Origin: Saccostrea echinata
Taxonomy: Eukaryota
Assembly: GCF_033153115.1 (NCBI RefSeq)
Contig: NW_026889774.1
Location: forward strand, 11,594,001-11,658,000
Direction: 5' to 3'
DNA: 64,000 nucleotides
Shown: positions 25,401 to 37,400 of the stretch, in pieces
Layout of the letters: every line of letters starts with the position of its first letter
Position numbering within the stretch: position 1 is the first letter of the stretch
Made by a program: the position numbers and the translations under genes
The notes under the pieces: generated by a model
What the model was told of the DNA's origin: nothing
The model's database searches: none
What the model saw: the letters and a program-made list of their open reading frames with translations, nothing else

Positions 25401-28400
25401 AAGTACTGGTATATTCTCTGTGCAAGTGAATGAGAAAAATTAAATTTTTAAAAATGTTTTTTGAACAGGCTGTTGAACCCCTTTCCACTTAACAAAATGC
25501 AGTGATTTCATATTCAGCTGAAAAGTCCCATGCACATATTTTTTGTTGACATTTAATCTAATATGTATTTTTTCCACAATCCTGTGGTGGTGGGCGTGGG
25601 GGTGTCTGTGGGATTACAATAAATAACTTTCCTACTTCACAAACTGTTAATAATGCTTCATTGATTATTGGAATTTTTGGATACACAGATATCTGCCTCA
25701 TATGAATTCACTTGAAATTTTTCATGAACTTCATGTGAAAAGAGCACAAAATAAAAATCATCAAAACTCTAAATTTCACATGAGCAAATGCATATGAGAC
25801 AAATTTATCTGTATAAATTACCATAGAAGATTATGTAAGACACAATGAATGAGCATGACTAACTAGTTGTTTGATTGTGTTTGTTAATTGATGTATTTTT
25901 GACTTTTTTGTTTTTGTGTGTTTTGTTACTAATTAGGAGCTAGACAAACAGCATGAAGACCTTACGTTTTTAGAAGACAGTTTGTCCAGCATGAAACTAC
26001 ATCTAAAGGAACGAGAGCTGGAAGTAGAGGTAGCCATTTTTTTCCTCTATGTTTCGTAAGCTCTAAACATCTTGGGTACAAGTCTGATATGACATGTACT
26101 TGGGATTGACTATAAGAGCTAGAATTAATCATAGCATAAATATTGATGTATGATGGTTCTTTTTGCAATTGCAGGAGACATTGTAATCTCGGGCAAAACT
26201 AAGTTAGATATCATACAGAGTTCTACTGTATTATTAGCATGGTCACCATGGGAGCATGTTCTTGGAATAGAGAAATTCACAGTAATATTGATTGAAGATA
26301 TTATAAGAATATGAAAAAATTAAATTGATTCAGATATTTGCAGCATAAGTTTTTCTTATGTGGAGTTTATCTTTATTTTACTATAGATGTTAAAATATTG
26401 TGTATTGAATTCTTTGAGACATTTGAGAGAGAAGTTATATGGAAAATAATTAATCCAAATTTGAGAACAGGTGATGTTTTAGGTGGCCAGTACTGAATTT
26501 TAAATTGTCTTTGGAATGATGGAATAATGTTTTATTTTTTGTTTGTTTATGACAGACAGTAGACTGTTCATTATACAGTGAATATATCATTTATGTTGAT
26601 CTATGGTATTGCATCCACCTTTCAAAGGTCTGGAGTGCCATCTCTTCTTGGGAGGGATCTATCTGCAGTCATTTAACAGATGCACTATCTATCCAGCTCA
26701 AATAAATGGATTTTAACAAACTATTTGATGTTAATCAAATGATACTTTAAAGGTTTGGGAAGATTTTAAATTCTGCAGAAATTCTACAGAGTTAATTGTC
26801 CAGTTTGTATGATTTTTACACGCCCCTGTGGCACGCGTCAGATATACGCATGATAGGGTATAGGATGTTCAATGTGAAGTGTACGGGCAGTTGAACGTTA
26901 AATAAAAGAAGCTCTTAGGTTTTTTCAGCAAATGATAATAGACTTGTAGGGTCACAATAGGATGCTTTTGAAGACATGCGATATAGTCTTCAATAGATAT
27001 CAGATTTAATTGATGTGTATTGCTCAGTTGGAAGTAATACTTGGTAAACACCTAAGCGACAAGACATCATTTGGTCTCTTTAAGTATGCCTTTGAATCTG
27101 AGCTTGATGAGGAAGGGGGATTAATTTTGACTTGCAGGCTTATTTTCTGTGATTTATTGTTGAATTTGCATTAACTTGTTTGAACCTTGGGGCAATATGC
27201 TGAAAGACACACCGCCAATACAGCATCAAACATGACGAAAATATGAACAAAGTAGTGCATAAATTTTCTCAGTGGGATAAAATTCTTTAAATTAATTAAC
27301 CACTGGATTTTAAATGTTAAGGTTTGGCTGAATTGAGGTGATTTTATTTTTTTTCATGCTTTTTGTTCAAGTTATTTTTTACATGAACTTCAAAAGTTCG
27401 TTTGCAGAAAAACTAAAACTGGAAATTTCTTAAAAGTGCAAAGAAATGATGAATGTTAGATTTGAAGCCTTTGATAAAATACTTGGTAGAAGTAGACATC
27501 AACAATTTTTGGTATTTGAGGGGGGATTTGATGGTAAATCTCTTAAGTACCCATAAGAAATTGAATATATTTGAAAATTTTGATGCAGTACCAGGGACTA
27601 GTAAGACATAAAATTTTTTATAGCAAATAAATTTGGGGTGACATTTATGTTGTATTAAAGTATTTCAAGCCTCTTAATCCAGCTAATTCTTTTTATGCTG
27701 TTTTATTATTATTTTTCCAAATTTATTAGTCTTGTAGGTTGTATTTTATTATCTTTTTCCCTTTTGGAAGGCAGCACTGCCTGATCCTCTTATTATCCTG
27801 TGTATTGACCTTTCAGGCAAATTAACTTTATTGACCCAAAAGGTGTAATTAAGTCGTCTTTATTGATATAAGGTGTTCATTCTTAAAATAAACTTTATTT
27901 TGTGAAAGAGCTCTCTAGGGCCGGAGGGGAATTCATTGACAAGGTCTTTTTGATCCAGGGTTAGGCTAAACTGCCGTCTGCAGATACTTCTTGGGAAAAT
28001 GCCCTTTTAAATAAACTATCCAAAGGGCTATGTGTATTAGCTAGTGTCAAATTGTTAAAAACAGATTGACTTAATCTTTGTCAGTGTAATTGTTATTTAA
28101 AGTTGGATTTTTATCCAGGCTGTCCTTTTTTGTGTCTTATTTTATTTATTGTTATTTAATCTTGGGGACCATTTTTTAGGGTGGAAGAAATATAAGTTCC
28201 TGTTGGCAATTATTTGATTCTTTGAGATAATGGCTAGACGAAAATGTAAAAACTGCAATAAATAGCAAAACAAGCATGCAAGTTCATTGTCAAGGGCTTT
28301 TAGCTTCTAAAGTCTGATTTTAGAATTTGTGTAGTTCTGAGGATTGGAGAATTTTTTTTTTGACTGAACACCAGAGAGGATGACATTTTATATGATGTAT

Positions 28401-31400
28401 TACCAGAATTAATTAACCATGGATTTTAAATGGGGGGACTTTTCATGGGAGTCCAGTGATGAAAGTTTGTGGGACTCTGGTATAGAACAAAAATGGACTA
28501 AAAACTCAGAAATTTCTGCTCCAGTGCAAAGTAAGCCTGTAGGAGAAGGTTGTCATAGAAGTAGCAAACATTCAGAACCAAGATGGGCTTCAGAGTTGTT
28601 AGAAGAAGATTCAGGCATTGAAGAAAAATTTCCAGCAAATTTGAGTGAACTTGAGGAAAAATTTCCAGGAGGTTTTAGTGAACCAAAATGGACTATGGAT
28701 CTCATTGGGATTTTGGACACAAATCTAGTCCAGATAACTGACTTATTTAGCGACTCTAATTTAGAGGAAATATGGACTAAGGAGTTGATTGAAGAGAGAC
28801 TGGCTTTAGAAAATCTGACCATTGATTGTGCTGATTTTTCTTCGCAGAATCTGCTGAAAACTCTGGGTAAGAAGGAGGGAGAATTGGAGGGATTCAAAGA
28901 GCTATTGAACAAGGCAGAGACAGCACTACGGCAGAGTGAAGATGCTGTGCAGGTAGGAAATTAGGATTAAGGGAAAATACTGTATACAGGGAAATTTTCT
29001 CCTTCATTCATTTGCACTTATCTTCACCCTTATCGCAAATGGGCAAATTTTAAATGGGGTGCATTCAAGTAAGCATTAACTCTTCAACACAACTGTGTCT
29101 GGGCGAATTTAATTTAAAATTGGACAAAATTGTTTGCAAATGTAAAGGGGTGAAAATAACCCAGTATACAGTTACTGTCTTCTGAGGGAGGTAACGCAGT
29201 ATGGTATCCTAAATTCGCTTGAATTTCATTCTTGTCTGCAATGGGATCTTTGAAAGAAAAAAGTCATAATTACAGAATTTCATTTTAGCAAGCTGAGGAT
29301 TCCCTTTAAAACACTAAACCAGAAAATAAATGTTAGTTGTGATGATATGGCATAAGATCCCCTTGTTTTGTTGTGTGTGTTGTTAAGAAAAATAATGTGA
29401 ATTTAATAAGTTATATGAATAATTGTTCCATTTGGCATATTTTAGGGCACAAGAAATTTTCTGTGTTTTCAATTGAAAATGACCAACAAATAATTTGAAT
29501 TTTAATAAGTCACCAGACATATGGCATCTTTTTTGGGACACAAGAATTGTTTAGTTTGTGCATTTCTAATCGAAAATTAAATCTTACTTGGTAAATAAAT
29601 TATTATAATTTTTAAAAGAAGATCTGAAAAAAGTTCTGTTAGGCATCTTAAATTTCTGTTGTGTTTTCAATCAAAAATTTAAATCTTATTTGGTAAACAA
29701 ATAATCTGAATTTTAATAAGTTATTTGGGGAAAAAAAAATCCTTTTTGGCATCTTTTGTTTAGGGCACAAGAAATTTTCTATGAGTGTTTTCAATCAAAA
29801 ATAAAATCTTAGTTGGTAAATAATTTGAAGTTTATTTTGGCTTATTTGGATATTTAAAGCAAATAGAATTACGTAGACCCTGAGTCTACTTTATTTCTAT
29901 GACATTCGCCAGTTATGGCTTTTAGGTTTGAAATAGGAGGGAATCACAGATTTGTATATAAAAATTTTAAGTTTGGTTTTATTCTACTCTGTTGATTAAT
30001 TAACAGTGATACTATTTACAGTGTACTACATGACGTTTTGTCCCTTTAATAAAGCCAAAGTCAATATTTTCTTAACTCTGTTGTTTACTAACTCAACTAC
30101 ATAATTTCAAATAGTACTTTAGTGAAAATTAATGTTATTAATGTTTAATTTTTTAAATTATTCAGTCAACATTTTAAGGGCGCTTGCTACAAACAAGATG
30201 CATGAACTGGTATATATTTAGCTCACCTCAACGAAGTTATGGGAGCTTATGTCATACCCTCGGCTTGAGCATTCCAGGTTAAAGTTTTTGAAGCAGATTT
30301 CTTTTCAAGTTCTTCTATTGGCTTACACTGATCAGAGGTGTACATATGGACAATAATTTTAGTATGTTTCATTGTACAAGTAAGGTTATAGAAACTGCAT
30401 TTTCAGCCAACAAATGACCAGGTTAATGATTTTGAAAGTCTTTGCCAAAACTTTTTTTTCAGCACATGCCCTTCTGGCAGGTACATCCACTGACAGGATA
30501 GGGCATTAATGGGTGATCAAGATTTTACATAGGAATATATAGGAAAAAATCTTTTAAAAAATCTCAAGAACAGCAAAGGCATGATTGATATGGATTGATG
30601 TGGAAGCATCCTTAAGTAGTGTAGATTCAAGTCTGTTCAAATCATGACCCCTGGGGGTAGGGTGGGGCCATAATAGGTTATTAAATTTTACAGAGGAATT
30701 CTATAGAAAAAAAAAATCTTTAAAAACCTTCATAAGAACAGCAAAGGAATGATTAGTCATATTTATATGGAAACATCCTCAGATTCAAATTTGTTCAAAT
30801 ATTGCACCCAGAGGGTAAGGTAGGGCCACAATAGTCATAAGAATATATAGGGGGGAAAATCTGCTGATAAAGAAAAGTATGTCCAAAGTGACTCAGATGA
30901 GCATTGTGGCCCATGGGCATCTTGTTAACTAGTACAATGGTTTTTTTTTTTGATATTTGATATAAACTAGACAATGCCATGGAATATTTATTTACTGGAA
31001 GTCATGCAGGGTTTTAGAAAAGCTTCATCACATAATGGATAAAAAATGTCTGACCATCTCAGCTTTATGAAGAGAGTGGAGGAAGATTCTAAAAAAAAAA
31101 AAGGCTTAAGATGAAGTTTGTTATAATCTGTTGTTTTCACCATGCAATGCATAGACTAGAAAAAATATTTTAAAAGAAGATATTTTTTCTTCCTGTCCAA
31201 TAGAATCTGTAATGTTTTAGATATGTGATCTAACGGCATTCATGTATATTTGTAGGACCTCCAGTGTCAACTGAGGAAAGAGAAGGAAATTGCCTCAGAG
31301 GATTACAGATCTCAACATTTACAGGTGAGTAGGTGGGAGAACATGTAACATTTCAAGTGTGTGGTTAGGTGTTACATGTAACATTTAAAGGTGTGTGGCT

Positions 31401-34400
31401 GGAAGTTACATGTAACATTTAAAGGTGTGTAGGTGGGAGTCACATGTAACATTTACAGGTGTGTAGGTGGGAGTCACATGTAACATTTACAGGTGCGTAG
31501 GTCGGAGTTACATGTAACATTTACAAGTTTGTGGTTAGGAGTTACTTGTAACATTTAAAGGTGTGTGGCTGGGAGTTACATGTAACATTTACAGGTGTGT
31601 AGGTGGGAGTCATATGTAACATTTACAGGTGTGTAGGTTGGAGTAACATGTAACATTTACAAGTGTGTGGTTGGGAGTTACATGTATCATTTACAGGTGT
31701 GTGGCTGAGAGTTACATGTAACTTTTATAGGTGTGGAGATGGGAGTTACATGTTATATTTACAGATGTGTAGGTGGGAGTTACATGGAACATTTACAGGT
31801 GTGTAGGTGGGAGTTTCATGTAATATTAACAGGTGTGTGGTTGGGAGTTACATGTAACATTTAGAGATTCGTGGTTAGGAGTTCCGTGTAACATTTACAA
31901 CTGTATGGTTGGGAATTACATGTAACATTTACAGGTGTGAATTGGTTGGTGGGAGTTGTATATAAAATTTGCAGGAGTGTGGTTGGGATTTGCATGTAAC
32001 TTTTTCAGGTGTGGATGGGTGGGTGGAAGTTACATGTAACATTTACAGGCATATGAGTGGAAGTTGTATATAACTTTTAGAGGTGTGTGGGTAGGTTGGA
32101 GTCACATGTAACATTTACAGATGTGTGACTGGGTGTTAGTTACATGTTACATGAAAAGGGTGTGGGTGGGCAAGAGTTACATGTAACATTGATAGGTGTG
32201 TTTGTGGATGGGAGGCACACGTTACTTTACAGATGTGTTGGTGAGTGGAAGTTAAATTAATGGGTATGTGGAAGTTACGTGTAACAGAGTTGTGTGGGCA
32301 GGTGGGCGTGACATGTAGAGGTACATATTGTCTTGTAAATGATACTGAAATATGATTTGTTCTAATGTGGTAATAATAACATGTATATTGATTTTTGCTT
32401 TACAAAGAAATGTAACTATATATATTTTACTGAGGTCATAGAGTTTTCAGTCATCAGCATTTTTTCTTGTCAAATTCATCATAAAGGTTGATCTTTTGTT
32501 ATACTGATATTAGAATGTTCAGTCACCTCATTGAACAATGTGTAATGATTATGTTTATAGTAAATCACCATGTGTTTGTTGATCTTAATACCTGTCCAGA
32601 GTTGTAAATAGTCTGAAAAACTATCAAATGTAATTCTACACTGTGCATTAGACTGATATACTGGTTTCCATAATTATACATGTACATATTTCTCTCCGAT
32701 TTTGTGTGGGTGAGCATATAATCTTTCACAACTGAAATTTTGTGTAAAGATTACAGCCATCTTTAGTCATGTATATTTATTTGGGTGAATAAGTGATTGT
32801 CTGAAAATGCTATTCTTAACAAACAGAATCATATGTTTATTATCACCCTCTTAGTTCAAGATAGATGACTTGGAGGCCCAGCTTCATACCAAGGATAAGA
32901 TTATACAACAGCTATCAGACAATCTGAAGGATAAAGAGAGACAGATGCAGCAGTGTATGGAGATCTTCAGACCCACCCCACAGGTAAGGAGCGGATCCAA
33001 GATCTTTATATAATTATATGTTGTATGAAATGAATCTCTAACCACAGGTTAGGAGGTGGATCAAAGGTCTTATTTTAATGTATTACTTGAAATTCACGTT
33101 AGGAGGTGTATCCAAAAAAAAATTTTCAGGATGAATGTCGCAATAATGACTTCCATTATTTAACTGTATTCATTCATTGTAAAGAGTATTGATTTAAATG
33201 TTTGAGGATTTTTTTTTTTTTTTGCAAACTGTAGAATCTATTATAAAATAAACATTGATTTTTTATTAAGGATACATCACCGATGATGATGTCTATTTTT
33301 ATTCTGCATTAGTAATTTAGATACATATATGTTCTGATTTAAGGAGGACAGCTCCATTAAGGACAAATGGATCAGAGAGTTACAGAACAGACTTCAAGAG
33401 AAGGAAAAGGCTGTCGAGGTAATATCTGTATTGTGTTTTACAATGCATTCTCTATAGTCTGTCCCACAGTACCATCATCATCACTTTTTGCGTAATATTT
33501 CTAACAAAATGCATAAATATCTTGTGTCAATGAACTAGGTTCTCGGAACGAAGTCTTTTTTTTTTCTCTTTTAACCAAACACTCTGATTTGTAATGATCT
33601 CTCCAGTTCGAACTAGTGTTGATATTGCAGCAGATTTAGAGTCTGTGGGAATTAAACATTAAATATAGCCACCACTTTGAAAAGGGATCTATCATTATTC
33701 ATAATTTTGCATATCTTGTCATCAGTAACATTAAGAAGTAGCACATGTTTGGAAACAAAATTAGGGTCACACTCAGATGATCTTTTAAAATAATGAACTA
33801 CTTCCTCACATGCTTGAGTACAGAAGGCTGAAATTAGCATTGTAAATTTTTGGACTGAGAAATCTTCTCATGCTGGTTAGTTTCATGATGTATGTATCCA
33901 GTCTGACTAAAAATGATAAAACTTCAATGTGTTAAAAATATTTTCTCTCATGTGAAAATTCATTTACTATAGTAAAAAAATGAGTTGGAAGCACTTGGAT
34001 GGGACAGACTATAAAACTAAATTGATATGTCTTATTGAAAAGAAAAGAAAATATGTTATTGTGAAAAAATTTTTTTCAATGTCAGGAAGCTTTGAATGAG
34101 AGAATGAAACTAGCGGATGACAAGGATGCAGAAATCCGACAACTGAGAAGAGAGGTCCGTGACAAAGAACATGAGATGGAGCGAGCCAATCAGATGTTGC
34201 TTACAGCAGAACAGACCATTGAGGTAACAGCAGTAAGGGGAAGGGGGGAGGGGGTGAAACTAAGTTAACACCTGATATATTGCTTAATTTTTAAAATTGG
34301 CAAAATAAAAATTCTAGCCTTTTTTGTATTTCTTGATTTCTTTGGAGAAAATAAAAGTATTTGATACTTTGATAAGATACTTTTACTTTTAAATATCTTA

Positions 34401-37400
34401 GTTTCTGAGTCTTGTATGATGAATGAAAATTTTGGTTGAATATTATTTAAAAGAAAGAATATGAAGATTGCAAATCTTTTTTTTGTAAGAAACCTGTATT
34501 ATGCAGAGAATAAACTGCACAATATATTTGGGTTACTAAATTGAAGGAAACGGTAAAAATTGAAATGATGTATTTTTCAGTGTCTTGAGAAAGAGGGAGA
34601 TGAGAAGGATAAAACTCTGAAACAGCTGACAAACTCGTTGAAGGTCTCCCAGAAATCTCTTCAGGTAAAAATGATATCATTTCTGTCAACCTCAACAAAA
34701 TGTATTTTATTATTATTATAAAAGAAATTTTTTTTTTTTTAAAATTATGTGTATTTCATCTGAATTTCTGGAAATTTCACACACAAATTAGTTTGAGTGC
34801 ACAAGAGATGTTTTTTTTTTTGTAGGATGCTTTGGAAGAACACAAACAAGAGCTTAAGGAGAAAGAAAATGAGATAGAAAGATTGAAGAAAGGAATGAAA
34901 ATTTCAGAAGGAGAACTACAGGTATGCTTGTATTGAGGGTGATCTAAAATTTTGTTTTTTTGTTCAAGGAAATGAGCAGAAAGGCGTATTACTTGATGAA
35001 TTTCTGAATTTTCTGTCAAATACTTCAGGGAGCAGAAAATGCAGACACAATGAACAGTTTGTTGAGGAAATTACGTGACAAGGATGAGGCTCTACTGAAA
35101 CAAGCAGAGAAACACGACACTGAAATGAACAAGCTAGACAAGGAAATTCACAATCTCAAAACTGAGCTGGCTCAAGTCCAGAGGGAGCTACAGGTACTCT
35201 GTCAGGAGGAGATAACTCTGATATAGCCAGAGAGAGTTAGCAAAGAGAAATAACTCTGTCTAACCTCCACTGAAAGTATCAGTAGGGATCACTGAGACAC
35301 TGAAGTTTAAAAAAAAATCCAATTTAAATTTAATATCTTTTAAACATCAATATGTAAGACTTGATATCACTTACTTGTATCTTACAGTCAGTGGAAAATA
35401 GATGTGGCTGGTCTGAAAAACGGAGTCAAGACACTCTGGATGATTTGAGAGAGACACTTAAGGAGAAAGATAAAGTTATTGAGGTGACTATGAATTCAGT
35501 AGTTAAGCTGTACTTAACTAAATAGACTTTGAAATTGCAGTAAATACAGGATTTCTATAAAAAAAAAAAATTCTAAATTTGTCGTCATTTTTGATAATTT
35601 AAAATCTTTACAAATTTAATGCTCTAAAGAAAGTTTTTTCTTTAATCAATTTTAATGCACTTATTTGTTTTTCTTCTTTTAGGCCTTAGTTGCAAGTGGA
35701 AAAGAGAAGGAGAGATTGATTGTAGAACTACGAGGTTTGCACTCCAACGCAGACACCATCAGTCTCCAATTCCAAATAGAAAAACTGAAAAATGAACTGC
35801 AGGACAAAAATGGTACAGTCAAACACGCTTATAGCGAATTGCCAGGGATGAACGATTTGATTTGTTATTAACATAATTTATGGTATCCATAAAGTTCATA
35901 GTATCTTTTAAAACTACAGGGAATGAAAATCACTTCGCTATAAGCATGAATTCATTATAAGATGAAGTTCATTATGACAATGTTTTTCTATATTAGTCAT
36001 TTCATTCTCTGTTATAGCTCATGTTTTGAGGTCCCGTTAGAGTTAATGTTCTGTAATTAAACAAGGCCATATTAATCATCAATCGATTTAATTTTAGAAA
36101 AATGAAAATTTCAGATTTACTTGATTCATGGACGTTTGATGAAAATGAACAAGTTATCAGTCGAAGGATAGAAAATTTACAATCGGAACTTGAAGCTGCA
36201 AAAGATGATCTTCAACAGGCTCTAAAGAGAGAAGACATCCTAACAAAGGAATTGGTAGGCTGTCAAAAACAAAATCTGTGTGCTGGCATTCATAGCTTCA
36301 ACAAAAAAAATTAAATGATTTTCCAAACACTGCCTCATTTAAATGTACAATGTACCTATATAAGACATTATAAGGTTATTTGTAAGGGTCAGTAAATGTG
36401 TTCATTATTTTGGTCAGAAAGGGAAAAGTTCAGGTATTTTAATTTTTTAGGGTACATGTCAATATGGGTCAAGTGTCATTAAATTAAGGCAGATTAACTT
36501 TCTTGTATCAGATTGGTTTATTTTTAGTCATAAGAGAAGTACATATGTACTTAGTCTTATTCTACAAGTATATGAATTTCATACAAATATGAATTTCTGT
36601 TTCATTTAAATGCTCCTGAGCTCAAGGTTATACAAGTATAAATACTTTGAGGGTGCAGTAAAACTTGGTTGTAGCGAAGTCCTGGGGACCTGCAAATTTA
36701 CTTTGCTATATCCGTAATTCGTTATATACCTATAACAACTTCGTTAAATTATTTATAGAAATTCCCAATATAGACTTTTCTTCTGACTGTCAAATGTATT
36801 TTCGGATGTATTTTAAAAATACTATAGTTTGGTGTCCAAAAGTTTTTGGATGAATTTAAATTCAAATATAATACTTACAAAAAATACCAGATCAATATTT
36901 TAAAGTTGAGATCTTTTGAAATTCGTTATAAAAGATGTAAATTTCATAAAGTTTAACCAGTTGGGGACACATAATCATTTCATTATATCTGTAAATTTGC
37001 TATATCCAAGTTCTTTATATCCGTAAAATTTTACAAAGAATTTTTCAGAATTTTGCTGAGGATTCCAAAAAACTTCATTGTTATATATCCATAAATTCGT
37101 TTTATACATGTTTGTACTAATTAAAGGAGTTTTACTGTATAGTGTTTTTTTTTTCATGTTTAGATATGATTTAATCCCTTTTAATTGAGTTTGTAATGTG
37201 ACAAAAAAATCTTTTAATGATATCATTCATCTTGGTAACTGTCAACTTAAAGCAGTGTATACAAACATCAAGACAAGACACTCATTCATTAATCAGCAGC
37301 AAGCATATAAAAAGTGTCTAAATACAGTCTTTAAATATATCACTTTATATGTTGGCTCAATGAAGAACTCATTTACTCATTCATTCATGCAAGCTTCTTT

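Noticed and set aside
31313-32315. Regular ~34-bp repeats with a palindromic core, superficially CRISPR-like
   Set aside because: The units are contiguous with no unique spacers, there are no cas genes, and the context is a eukaryotic intron.
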